From Eledone cirrhosa (Eukaryota), in NCBI GenBank assembly GCA_964016885.1, contig OZ024741.1, positions 163,432,001 through 163,496,000 of the forward strand: 64,000 nt of DNA. The letters run 5' to 3'. A program made the position numbers and the translations under genes. Of this stretch, positions 37,160 through 50,757 are shown in pieces; the stretch's first letter is position 1; the number at the start of each line of letters is the position of its first letter. The notes under the pieces were generated by a model. The model saw only the letters and a list, made by a program, of their open reading frames with translations, was not told the origin of the DNA and did not search any database.

Positions 37160-39415
37160 CGTGACCAAGAAACACCGGGATGGCGGCCGGCGGGGAATAG
37201 CCGTGTCTCTAGGGGAGGACGACCCCTCTAGTCTTGGTTGACACTCGTCCTAGATGTGGTAACACGAAATGATTACCCCTTGGTGGTTAAGGATAAAACG
37301 CGACAAAATAAAGTAAATGTCAAATGATAAAATCTCATACCGGATCGGCCGTCACCCGGATCAAAAGGGCCGCGTCCTTCAGAGAGGAACCAGACTGGGG
37401 TCGAAAAATCAGCTAATTGTTCAAACCTTCTCATCACTTCGGAGCTGGAGACCTCCCATAACCGGAATACACCTACTGTTGGCCCTCCATGCTCACCACC
37501 AAGAAATCCAAAGAAAAAGCGAGAAAAATGGCCAAGGGAAGATAATAAAGAAGTCCTTGAGGCTTTCTACACTGCCATGTACTACCCATCAAATAGATCG
37601 AATACAAAACAGACATATATCAACTGGAAAAAGAAACATCCCGAAAACAGGGGCTATATTGACAGTAACAAACTAGCCAATATACGAAGAAATATTGTTA
37701 AAAAAAGTTACTAACTGATATAGAAATTGATCAGATCAAGCTCTTAGCACAAAGTCAGCGACGGGAAAATGAAACATGTGTCCGTGAAAACGAGGTAAAT
37801 TGTAACACTTCGAATCCCAGGGTTGGGGCGGAATCACTGACAACAGAACAAATTAAACAAAGGATCGAAAAAGTGGAGGGAGTGCATGCTCAAGATGAAA
37901 CTTAAAATGAAAACAATGAGATCGTAAATGATAAAGAAATGAATGAGAATGAACTTGCCAACTTGAAGGATGAAATTATGATCGAATGGATGAAAATGAA
38001 AGAATCTGACATGGGGGAACGAGACACCCTCCCTAAAATCCAGAACTCCAAACAGAACCAAAAGATAATACACAAGACTAATATAATTCTCAAAAACATT
38101 ATCATCACAAACAAACTAAACGTTACTGATTTAAATCATCTCTATTATGCATCGGCTAAAGTCACCACTCACTTATGTGGAGTGAAAATGAAAAAACAAA
38201 GGAATTCCCACAAGAAATCTACTTAGCAAGAGAACATCAATCGCCAAATAAACCTTCTCCGATCTGACATAGAAATTTTAACAAACTACAAAGTAGGTGA
38301 ACATGTTAAACAAACTAAAATTAGAAAATTGAAAAGAAAATACAGTATAAAATCAACAAGTGACATAGACATGCTGATAGAAATAATCAAGCAAAAAGTG
38401 TCGGCCAAAGATGCTCGTATAAGGCGCTTTGAATACGATCTAGATTCTATAAGGACAATAATATGTTCAAAAACAACCAAAGAAACTTCTACAGAAACAT
38501 TGGCAAGTCAACAATAAATGCTAAATCAATTCCACCCAAGGAGGAAGTGCAAGAGTTTTGGGAAAAGATCTGGGCCGAAGAAATAGTTTATTATATACAT
38601 GCCCCATGGATAGACAGACAAATGAAAGATACAGCTCACCTTGAGGAATAAATATGGGAAAATATAACAGTTGAACAGTTGCGTTTGGCTCTTAGAAAAA
38701 CCAGCAAATGGAAATCCCCAGGAAAAGACAAAATACCAAATGTTGAGCTGTTAGCCCAACTTTACAATGAAATAGTTAAGGAGCCAGAAAAGATACCGTC
38801 ATGGCTAGTTAACGGCATTACATTCCTGCTTCCGAAGAATGATGAGACAAACAATCACAAAAATTACAGACCGATAACTTGCTTGACCACAATGTATAAA
38901 ATGTTAACAAGAGTCCTAACTGAATATACATATGACCACCTGATAACAAACGACCTATTTCCCATTGAGCAGAAAGGGTGTAAACGAGGCTCATATGGCT
39001 GTAAGGATCAGCTTTTGGTTAACAAAATGATACTGGAAGATTATCATAATAGACACAAAAATCTATCAATTGCTTGGATAGATTATAAAAAAGCATTCGA
39101 TAGTTTGCCACACAGTTTGATTGAAAAATGTTTGGAGATTTTCAAAATATCTCCCGTTTTCAGGAGGTTCCTGTCATTCAGTATGAAGACATGGAAAACG
39201 ATACTCCTTTTGAATAGTGAAAAAATATCACTGGAAGCTGGAGAAGTTAATATTAATTGTGGAATTTTTCAGGGTGACTCTTTATCACCGCTTTTATTCT
39301 GCATCGCACTTATACCATTAAGTAAAATGCTCAATGAAACAAAACATGGATATAAAGTTATGACAAAACCATTAATCACTTATTCTACATGGATGACCTG
39401 AAACTATTTGCAAAA
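37160..39415 (+). mobile_element. R4/Dong-like (RLE-type) LINE, degenerate and 3'-truncated
   Basis: N-terminal KWPREDNKEVLEAFY; RT motifs WKSPGKD, EQKGCKRGSYGCKDQL, AWIDYKKAFDS, GIFQGDSLSPLLF, and frameshifted HLFYMDDLKLF at about 39377-39410. Confidence 0.85.
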
Positions 39416-40942
39416 GGTGCCGACCACCTCGATTTCTGAGGTGTTCGACACCATCTCGGCGATGTCGTCCGCATAAGCCGACACCGCCTTTCAACGTCCC
39501 GGTTCGAGCGGGATGCCCTGCAACAGCTCCAGCTTCCGCAGTAAAGGCTCGAGAGTTAATACGTACAGAAGGAAAGAGAGAGGGAACCCTTGACGGACCG
39601 ATCAGGAGAGCCGAAATGGTTCCGAGAGGTGGCCATTAACCTTGACCACCGAGCGTGTGTCGCTGTGCATTGCAGAGATCCAGCTTCTGAAGACAGGGCC
39701 GAAGCCAGCTGCTTTGAGGACAAACTCCAGATACCGATGGTCGACCCTATCGAATGCTTTCGATTGATCTAAATTGATCAGTGCTCCACCGAAGCCAGTT
39801 TTACACCCTACACTCTCCATGATGTATCGCATGAGGTGGAGGTTGTCGTGTATGGACATGGCTGGGATTGCGCAAGTTTGCGCCTCCCCAACCAAATCCT
39901 CGACGACAAGCGCCAATCTCTTTGCTAACACCTTGGCCAAAATCTTAAACTCTGTGTTGAGCAGAGTTATGGGTTGAAGTTGTCTAATATATGCCTCTTT
40001 TTCTCGTCTTTCCTTATCAGCGTCACCCTCCCCTGCTCACAAACTGGGAATACTCCCATTCTGCTGCCAGTTGCAGTAGAGTGCTTCGAGGAGATCGGAG
40101 AACAAGTCTGGCATATTTACGTAAAGCTCGTAGGGCAGGCCATCCAAACCGGGTGACTTGCGCCTCATTCAGCTGACAAGGGCGTCCTGAATTTCGGCTG
40201 AAGTAATCGGCCTTTCGCAGCGATCAGCGTCGACCGTCGAGATGCGCGGCAAGCCGTCAAGGTAGTGACTGAAATCCGCTACTCTCTCTGACTCGCCACG
40301 CTCCCCGAACAACCGAGCAAAGTGCTGGCGAAAGGCCTCACGCATCTGCTTGGAATCGCTTGTCTCGTTTCCGTCTCGGTCCGGCAAAGACCGAATTGTG
40401 GTTTTATTACCACGCTGCGCCTCGGCTACGCGGGCCCATCGAACAGCTTTGGTTCCCTCGTTTCTCAGCGCACGCGCATTAGCTCTGACAATGCAACCTT
40501 CGTGTTTCGGATTGAAGAAATGGTCTAATGCCATTCTCCCCGCTAGCACGTCAGTTGCAATGCCACTACAAATAGCCTCGTCTAACTTATCTACCAGCTC
40601 CTCCTCCTTTCTATTTTTCTCTAACGCTAGTTCTTTGCTGAACTCTATCGAAGTTACTCTAATCTCTCTTTTGAGAGCCCCCCACCATCTGTTGTTGATG
40701 ATCCCACCTGTCAACTTTTGCTTAACTAAATTGTTGACTCGGTCCCTGTAAGCCTTACGTGCCGGAAATGACATGTTCAGCTTCCAGTAACCCGGTCCCA
40801 ACCTACGCGTTTTATCTAGGTCGACCATACAGATTACAAATTTGTGATCTGAATAGGCGACCGTTATAAAAAGTGGGCATCCTACACTATTTCTATCTAT
40901 TTTCCTAATGAAGTTCCTGTCTATATACGATCTAGATGATCC
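39416..40942 (-). mobile_element. Second L1/Tx1-type ORF2 fragment
   Basis: Homologous to 33000-34430 (GPGYWKLN, IHDNLHLMRYI, LDQSKAFDRVDH, YADD). Confidence 0.88.
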
Positions 40943-41049
40943 CAATAATAATAATAATAATAATAATAATGCTTTCTTTATTAACCACAAGTTTTACACA
41001 AAGTAGACATTAAGGACAGTACAGGACAATACCGGACGGTACAAATGGG

Positions 41050-41086
<37 letters not shown>

Positions 41087-41625
41087 TGTTTCTACTTTTG
41101 GCACAAGGCCAACAATTATTCCAGTGTATTACTGGTACTACTACTAATAATAATAATAATTTCTTTATTATCCACACAGGGCTTACATTAAGCAGACACT
41201 AAAGATGGTACAGGACGATACAGTGTGGGTTTTATTGTGTAAAATAATTTATAACAGAGATAAAGAAAGTAAACATTTAAAAAAACAAACTTAAATTCTC
41301 CAAAGGTAAGGAGACTGATAGGGTTACTCGTGATAAAAGCCCACAAAAGCCACGGTCACCCTGACTGCTAATGCAAGCGTCCTCTCCCAGTTGTCCTCCT
41401 TCAAAATTACAGGTATACGCTCAGGGTAGGCCCATTTACACGGGCCATACTTGCTTCTCTCACCCACCTTTCAACAAACTCGCAGCAAAGCAGTACTTCC
41501 TGATTTTCCTTTACAGACGAAATCTGGAAAAGTTAATGAGAGCGTCGCCGAAGAGGAAAGTGTCCGTTTTAAACCCTTTCAAACGCGTCCACCATATGAC
41601 CTCTTTCACCATCGCCACCTGACAG
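40943..41625 (-). mobile_element. Stacked 3' ends: L1/Tx1 tails and a SINE A tail, separated by (TAA)n
   Basis: Minus strand VAMVKEVIWWTRLKG at about 41570-41618. The segment 40970-41053 is the reverse complement of 43973-44060. SINE A tail at 41081-41138. Confidence 0.6.
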
Positions 41626-41654
41626 ATAAAAACTGCCTACCCTTCTTGGTTAAA

Positions 41655-41984
41655 GTGAAGGTGGGCGGTTTAACGGGTAGAGTGTCGGATTCGCAATTGT
41701 GCGGTTGTGAAGGCAATTCCCGGGCTGGGCGCTGCGTTGTTTTCTTTAGGAAGACACTTTATTTCACGTTGCTCAAGTTCACTCAGCTGTCGAAATGTAT
41801 TGCGACCTCATTGGTGCCAGGCTGTATTGACCTTTGCCTGTCCCTTGGACAACATCAGTGGTGTGGAGTGAGGAGACCGATATGCATGGGCCACCCCTGG
41901 TCTTTCACAAAATCAGCATGTCTGGACTTATTCCTTGGAATCCCAAGGCCTTTCGTAACTGAAGGGGGTATTTATACTTTACCT
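41655..41984 (+). mobile_element. SINE family B-related copy
   Basis: GTGAAGG head, degenerate A/B boxes and core AAGACACTTTATTTCACGTTGCTC..ACTCAGCTG. Confidence 0.7.
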
Positions 41985-42835
41985 TACACACACACACACA
42001 CGCATACACACACACATATATATTTTTCCGACTAAAGATATGTTATGAAATTTATGTGACGAAGACTGTACGAAGGTTATTTTGACAGACTGCTCCTTTA
42101 CTTGATATGTCCAGACTTGTCACACTTTATCTCGCTGTTTGTACAAGAGAATTGTGTTAAGTGTACATGCTAATTCAATCAGTGGGTAGTTCATTGGATC
42201 AAACGTTCTCGTTGCTAGAGACTATCATATATTACATAAGTTTGTAATATCAAATAATATTCCGATGTTTCAGTTCCCGAGCTTAAGTCTATGTATATGT
42301 CAAATACGTCAATTGAAGCAATCTAGTGTACAATTGATCGAAACATAGCGTAGCAGGAAGCACAGATTGTTTTGCTGACAGTCTGATCAAATATGATCAA
42401 AGGCTATTACAAAATATATTCATGTAAGATATGTTTACATCCTTATATTAAACCAATGAAACCTAACATGTTATAATATAACATTATCAATATCGAAAAT
42501 AAATATTTACTTATGTCATATTATTCAATAAAGCAATATCATACAAATAAATATTTATTTAAAGAACTATTAAGGTGCCAAAACAGACTGTTACATAATT
42601 ATATATGTTTTTCTGTGTGACTATATTACATACTTCTAATGGAGATAGCCGTGTTTGATCTTAAAACGTATTTCTAAATTATAGAATTTGAATTATTTTT
42701 AATATTTCCTACTAAAAATAATTTTATGACTATGAGCATATCTCTATTTCATAGATACTCATAAACACGGTGTCAAGTTTAGTAGAGCAAATAATCTGAT
42801 AATAAAAATGGTACACAGACACACACTCACATACA

Positions 42836-42929
<94 letters not shown>

Positions 42930-42942
42930 TATATTATATATA

Positions 42943-42976
<34 letters not shown>

Positions 42977-43417
42977 TGATAAGGAAAGTAATTTATAGAG
43001 AAATGAACATTAAACAACTAAGTAAATAAATAAATCGACTTTGGTCAAATAATTGAAATTTATTTATTGAACATAATTGTAACCGTTTCGGTAATGTTTT
43101 CACTTAATAAATCATGAGATATTCACGCGTAATACAGAACGTTTTATTCAATTAATTCAACTCCACAAAACATCAGAATAAAACAAAAGATAGGGAATAT
43201 GATGCTCATTCATTTTAAATGCATTAAACCTACTCCATTCCTTATATAGCCTCTTTAAAAATTAATTTCGGTGGTTTATTACAAAATCATTCCAAGCTAA
43301 AGTAATCCTAATATCATTCGATTACATACATTTTATTCTCTATACCTTCATGAGTTTTTAATATATCTCGAGTAAATATATTTGTGAAATCACATTTTAA
43401 AGAAAATGCAAATTCTT

Positions 43418-43449
<32 letters not shown>

Positions 43450-44088
43450 ATAAAAAAATAGGTGAAAACCTGACTGCGTGCTTAAGTAGTTTGCTTCCCA
43501 GTACCGCAGCGTGGCAACTTCAGCAAGTGGGTTTTGGTAGAGTGAAACTACAACACCCCGTCGTATATAAAAGTGTATGAGTGTGTGTGGTGGGGGGGGG
43601 GATATGTGTCTGTGTGTATGTGTGTGTTTCTCCATGTCTACGCTAAGGTTTATACATATACGTATGTTCGTTACTTAGCGGCTACACAAAAACGTGGTCG
43701 ATAAAATAAGTGGACAGCTTTAAAAAATTGGAACTGATTGGAATATGATCTACTAATTCAGGGCAGTGCCCCAGCGTAGCTGCAGTTTAATGACTAAACT
43801 CAGTTTAATGAATAAAAGAATAAATTGAAATATATTCTCTTCTTGCCATGTATCATTGTATTATGATAAGTAGTATTGGCTTTCTCCACAAATGTCTCTC
43901 GGAAGTCTCCCCCCTATTGGGGAATTTTTCATTGTTATTTTTTATTACATCCTCTGGTTTTTTTACACGCAGAAATGCCCATTTGTACCGTCCTGTATTG
44001 TCCTGTACTGTCCTTAATGTCTACTTTATGTAAACCATTGTGGTTAATAAAGAAAGCATTATGATAAGTAGTATTATTAATGATACCT

Positions 44089-44310
44089 AGGGCGGTAGAT
44101 TGGCAGTATCGGTAGAGGGTCGGACGTCATGCTTTTCACCATAGAGTTACGGCCCTTTATGATCAGAGTTCAAATTCTGCCGAGCTTAACCTTGCCTTTC
44201 ATCATTACGGGGTCGATAAAATAAAGTACCAGTCACGCACTGGAGTCGATTTAATCGACTTTCCCCTCCTCCAAAAGTGCTGGTCTTGTGGCTATTTAAG
44301 AAACTATTAT
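44089..44310 (+). mobile_element. tRNA-derived SINE family A
   Basis: Colinear with 16560-16752, with a longer centre. Confidence 0.8.
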
Positions 44311-47300
44311 TAATCATACCTGTGATTCTGTCAGCAACCCATTTTGATGAAGATTTTGCATTTATTGTGAACGGAAATAAAATTCCAGAAAAGGAGAAAA
44401 GCCTCATTTCGTGTCAACACCATAAAAATATAATTGATTTTAAAATATAGGAAACATGTATATATAAGATAAGATAAAGCTGTGAAAGCACTTAAAATAA
44501 ATTCCTAGATTACAATTTGATAATCCACAGCGTAGAATGTTAATGTCAGGTTATTGTCACGTTTCTTCTGTGCCGTGTCTTCGTGCATTCGTATTCACAT
44601 TAGGATTAGAACACGCACGCATATAGTCGATCTCTTATGGCTTGTTTAGCCTACATAAAAGCTTGAAATACATCATGTAACTATTAACATATTTATTTAG
44701 CGTATTTATAAATCTTTTCAGGCCTACTGACTAGATAAATAGAGACAATCATTTTTTAATATTATTAGAATGTTAATATCAAATTGATTTTATTCTAGTC
44801 CCATTCATTCATTTCAACTCTTTTACCAACATTTCCAGATTGTAGCTTTGAAAAGAAATGCCTGGATTGACAGCAGTGCAAACTTAGAAAATCACGTCTA
44901 TATTTGAATAAACACAAAATATTCTTTACTATGTTTTATGCATTCCATTTTGATTAATATTCTTTTTGTCTCTCATTAAGTACTTTCAATTAAGTACTTT
45001 ATAAAGTGATTTCAATGTCCACTTAAGATATATAATGTCGCTAAAATAACTGTTCCGAATAGAATTTTAGAAACATTACAATTGAAATATCATACAAATT
45101 ATTCATCAATATGATTTCGTAGTTAGATATGTTTACACAACGATGGGTATTTTGCAAAGACAATAATTTACTGATTAAAGTGAAACTAGTCTAAATGGAA
45201 AATATATCTCCGGGAACATCTTACGGCTTCCATAACAGGTGAATATATCTCCGCTTAGTCCAGCTTTCAAATCTTTTATATGCTTTCAAGCTATAATTTT
45301 AATATCATCACCAACGGTAAGCAGCTTTTCTTTAAATACAAAAAAATGTATCAAATACTTGAAATAGTATGTCAAATGATCTATAAATCAGCAGATTCTC
45401 GTTCAATGCATTTTGTGACACGGGTTGAGATGTTGGCAGAAATGCTACTGTTTTTATTTCTCTAAAGATTAGTTCGCTATTTGTCTCCTTATTGAATTTA
45501 GTACACGTACCAGTAATAACATACAGTTCTAGTTTCAATAAATCCACTCCTTAATGTTAGATTATTTTTGTGCATACGTTCTATGAAAATTTGTTCCGAT
45601 AACAAACGGCAAAAAATATATTGAAGATATTAATCCCTGTGAATACTTTTATTATATTTTATTTGTAGTATTCCACATGGACATATCATAATTAAACAAA
45701 TCTGGGGCTGACAGATGAAATCCTTATATATTCCCAGTGATGCAGTAAAACACATTCATGTGTAACTGCATATGCAAACGAACTCGATTGCCTCAGTATG
45801 TCGGCAATAGTTTGGACGTGGGTTTATTCCCCTTTCTCTTATCTATTTGCTAAAATTACAATTTTACCCAATATTTTAAACTTTTGACTGAATAAATGTT
45901 TATTTTATTGGTGTTACATTTCAATATTTTTCAGAGCATCTGACAGTATGAGAATTCATACTTCTTCATTCATTGGCCGAAGAAATGTTTGTTTTAGCCG
46001 TGTTATATTTGAGTATTTTTGAGAGCATCTTACTTTATATGGTTTCATATTTCTATATTTATTTTAAGTTATATCATAAGGTTTTTGTGTAGTTGAATTA
46101 CTATAGATAGTGTCTGTGAAAGATTTTATTATTACATCAAATGAATTAGTGTTTTCTTTATTTTACTCTTCAGGTTATGGTCCTCCGCTTTCGTATTATG
46201 ATTTTTGTCTTTATTATTATAGTTTACCAAATACAAGTGTTTCCTTTCTTAAAAAAACAATTAGTTTACATATTAGATATCATTTATACAAGTTCTTAAG
46301 GTTAACATAGATGTTCAGTGTTAACGAATGTGTAGAAGTGTAATAAAAATGTGTAAATTTAGAAAAACTGAAAAACGTCTATAAAATATACTGTTATCGA
46401 AATTGTTCAAGACTGAGGTAACGGCCCAGAGTTAAGTAAAAATGTTCAATTTTAAAACAACGTTCAAAATCAGTAAAATATTCAAGCTTGGCGAATCATA
46501 ATACTGCTATATTCTGGGAGGTAGTTATGTTTCGTTAATTTACCAACATCAATACAGAAGTGGTTGTGTCACTCCAGGTGTGTCAATTACAAATGGGAGT
46601 AAAGAAATGTTCCTTAATGGTTGAGCAGTGTCTAAGGAAAACAAAATACACTATTAAAAGGAACAGCAAAGGAAGAACAAAAAACATGAAAAGTACAGAG
46701 AGAAAATGAAAGGGAGAAAAACAAAAGAAAAGAAGGATAAAGGGGGTGGCAGTCACTACAACCCAGTCTGAGCGGTGCCTTAGCCCCGCTCCGCGGACAA
46801 AACGGAAAGGGTGTTACCGCGGAGAATTACCAAGACCACCCTATCTCACGGTGTCCTCTTTTCAAATGACCACCATCCTTCCGACTTTGGAGGATAAGGA
46901 GACCAAGATCTCAATACAGACTGGTTCAAAGAAGAAGTGGCCAGTCAGACCCCAGTATTTTATTGTCTTCCCCTCTTCCGCATTTTGGGTAGCGGACCTC
47001 GGGTTTGTGGCTGAAGCAACAGGGTTGAACTGTCATGCTTTTAATTCAAAAGCTATGTTGGTGTAACCTCTTTGCTTTTCTGTTATATAAATGTCTAGCT
47101 ATTATTTCTAAATGTCTTTACTTTCTTAGTTAAAATGTTTTCGGCGACATCTTTGGTAACAATATTTCTCATAGAAATGTGCTAAAAATAAACATTATTA
47201 TCATAATTAACATTGCAATCATCTAAAAGTCATCTCCTTCTCTTGAGAGAAAAAAAATTATTCAGCCGGCCACAAATCCTCACCCGCTATAAATGACTGG

Positions 47301-47689
47301 TATACTGAGTGGAATACTGCTCACATATCAGGAATGTTCTGCTGCACACACATATCGTAGACCACATCTAGAAAAAAGGCCACTAGTTTTATTGTCATAC
47401 AGTCACTGGCAGTCATGCTCCAGTCTCCAGACCATATAGTTTATGTCTCATCTCTTTTTCCTCCCCCTCTCTCTATACATATCTATCTGTTTCTCAATCT
47501 CTCTGCATTTTATGCTGTTAATACAATGGATTCTAATCTACAGAACTGGCTGGCGCCGTGCCATTTCCATTCAATTACTCCCACATCATCATAATCATCA
47601 TCGTCGTCATCATTGTCATCATCATCATCATCATCATCGTCATCATCATCGTCGTCGACGTCGTTTCAAAGTATATTTTCCACGCTAGC

Positions 47690-49080
47690 ATGTGTTAGAT
47701 GGAGTATCATTTCCAATCTCAAATCCTTCCTCCGTCAGCCACATTCCGCCCTCGAACGCAACCTCCAATCTCCTCCCCCGCCCCATTTGCATCCAATCCT
47801 CCTTCTATCTCTCCAAACTCCCCTTCACCAAAACCCGCTACGACAGTCACGTGACATTTCTCAGTCGATGTCTTCACCATCACCTCATCCCACTCAGCTA
47901 TCACCAAGAACCAATCCTTACTCGCTCCTCTCGCCATCTGATGCGGACAACCCTCCTCTCTCAAATCCGTTCTCTCGACAGATATCTCCCCAAGGCCTAC
48001 CTTCTTTCCTCAACTAGTCACCCCCTTCTCACCCAATCCATCGTCCAATTCATCCTCCAATTCAATCGCCTCCTATTCAAATTTCTCACCTCCGTCAAAA
48101 AACAAAAACATGACACACTCTGCTCCCTGTCTACCGTCAGCACAACCACCCACCTCCAGCCCTAACCCTATTATCCCCTTGCCTACGACTCAATTTCTCA
48201 TCACTCCTACCTCCACATCTCTCCCTACCACTGACTCCGCACACGCGACACATAAGCACTCCACTCCGCCTCAACGAGTTTATCTCCCTTATGTACCTCC
48301 TATATCATTGACACTCAACCCCCTGCCTGACCTGCCACTATCCGGAGCTGAGAGTTCCCTCCTCGGCAAGGGCTCTCGCATCATACCCACCACTTCCACT
48401 TCCGTGGAAGTGCCGAGGTTGAACGGTTCTTACGTCGCCTAAAGCTACAAGCATTCTTCTAAAATACATCGCCATCGGCCCAAACAGACTGTTTCACAAT
48501 TCTCAGCCACCGACAACATTGACGCTGAGCTCTGGGCAGATCAGTAGCCTTAACACATTTGTGGAGACTTGCCGACGTAAGTTGAATCGCTTCAAATTTC
48601 CAAAGCACTCTCGTTGCACCAAACTCCTTCAGCCTACGTCACCGCAATGACAGTCATCAAACCCACTGATAAAGGTGATGCCATGGTGGTGTGGCACGCA
48701 GACCTCTACAGGTCTGAGGTCCTCCGCAAGCTTCACAGTACCCCTTTTTCCGGCTTTTATCCTTTGCCCGCGCCAGGTTATCAACAGCTGATATGCTCCA
48801 CCATTTGCCAATCCATCTCTTCCCTTCTGCTTTCCCTAATTCTACTAATCTTATAGCACGCACACCTCGTACACCCACCATCTACTTCCTCGCCAAGATA
48901 CATAAACCCGATAATCCCGGCCGCCCTATCGTTTCGGATTGTAACTGCCCTAGCGAAATAATCTCTTAATATCTTGACACCCTCCTCGAACCCCTAGTAA
49001 CCGACCTTTCCTCCCCCATCCATCACACTAATCATGGTCTTCGACTATTTAACTCCTTCTTCTCTAACCTCTCACGCCTT
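47690..49080 (+). pseudogene. Penelope-like reverse transcriptase, decayed N-terminal part
   Basis: SHVTFLSRC..HLIP, ESSLLGKG, VIKPTDKGDAMVVW and IYFLAKIHKPDNPGRPIVS across shifted frames. Confidence 0.8.
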
Positions 49081-49188
49081 CTCTGACCCCTGATTTACAC
49101 ATGTAATACTTATGTTTCAGGGAGTGTTCTGAGCAAAAAAGATTTCAAATTTTCAATGCCCTAGGGACCGCATTAGGCGATTTAGCGA

Positions 49189-49907
49189 TCTCTCTCTATA
49201 ATTCTTAGTCTTCTCTTTTTAGATAGACACATGCATATAACGTCGCGCCCTTATAATATCTGTCTGTATGTCTGCATTACGTCACTTCCCTGAGGATGTC
49301 TGTCTGTGTGTGTGTGTGTATGTGTGTGTGTGTGTGTCTGTGTGTGTCTGTCTGTGAGTTTGAATCCCTAAAACTCGAGAAGTACCCAACCGACTTTTTT
49401 CAAACTTTACATGTGTATTACTTATGTTTCAGGGCCCGCATTAGGTGAAAAACTGCGTTTTTTCAGGTTTTTAGGGGTTTTCTGAGTCGTTACGTCCGAC
49501 TGATTTCCTTGAAATTGTAACTATCTATTAGTCAGTCTCTTCTTCAGACCGTGAGCAAAGAAAATCCAACTTTTTTATGGCCTAGGGCCCGCATTAGGTG
49601 AAAAACTTCATTTTTTTTCAGCTTTTCAGGGCTTTTATGAGGCCTTAAGTTTAGCCGATTTCCCCGAAATTTCAAGGCATATTATGCACATAGAAAAAAT
49701 TCATTTTCTTGATCCACTAGGCATTAGGTGAAAACCTGCATTTTTCCTGATTCATCGAGGAAAATCTTAAAGATTATCCAGCCATCAGAGTATTCGATTT
49801 ATTTTCTTTACATATTGTCCACGCATGCAGTTTTTCCACGATTAGGTTTGTTGGCGACCCGCATTCCAAAATACCTTATCCCGTGCAACGCCGGGTACCA
49901 CTGCTAG
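49189..49907 (+). mobile_element. Non-autonomous Helitron
   Basis: 5' A|TC start, (GT/GTCT)n tract, internal CCGCATTAGGTGAAAA repeats, subterminal hairpin CCCGTGCAACGCCGGG and 3' CTAG|T. Confidence 0.72.
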
Positions 49908-49941
<34 letters not shown>

Positions 49942-49968
49942 GAGTACTCGATATTGAGTAATAAATTA

Positions 49969-50288
49969 GGGTGGCCCTTAGCAATTTTGCTGCTCCTACA
50001 GCGAAAAAAGGCTCTGTCCCTACGTTTGCAAGTTGCCTTCCCCATTATATTTATTGTCACTTATCCTTCTTATACCAAGAATAAGCCTGAACAAGGTTTT
50101 AATTTAAGAGAAAATTATATATTTTATCTGAAAAAAATGACTTTGCGGGCGAAAACTTCAAAATTTCACGGTCAATGAGGGTCGCCATGCAGTTGTTCGG
50201 TTGAGCTAAGAGATTGGCTTTTGTTAATTGGAACAGGATAGGTGGGTGGGAGCTAAACGTTTAGAAAGTTGAAACATAAGGGTCACCC
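49969..50288. mobile_element. MITE, possibly PIF/Harbinger type
   Basis: TIRs GGGTGGCCCTTA / TAAGGGTCACCC, flanked by TTA and TAA. Confidence 0.6.
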
Positions 50289-50315
50289 TAATATACACAC
50301 AAACACATACATACG

Positions 50316-50346
<31 letters not shown>

Positions 50347-50686
50347 TTCATTTTTTTTTTTCAGTGTGGTCTACCTCTGGTGGTAGGATCCGTACCGTAG
50401 AAAGAACTCAATGTAATCCGATGGCGAGTAATCCAGTGAAATCCATAGAGAAGTTCTGTGTTTCTTAGATACAGAGTCAGATATTAGGTATCAAATTGAG
50501 ATTGCTTCCGTAAAAGACGGTCTAATCGAAGCTATATATTAGGTCTGATAGTATACAGTTATATAACTGCTATGGAGCAGTGAACATGTCAACATGATCG
50601 ACCCTCCGAAACGATCATAAAACAATGATATGAATAGGTAAAGTAATTTGACTTTGTTGTTTTTATTTTCGTTGTTAATTTAATAC

Positions 50687-50757
<71 letters not shown>

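Noticed and set aside
37160-37280. Possible HDV-like ribozyme in the R4/Dong 5' UTR
   Set aside because: The region is GC-rich and probably structured, but I could not assign the nested double pseudoknot by eye.
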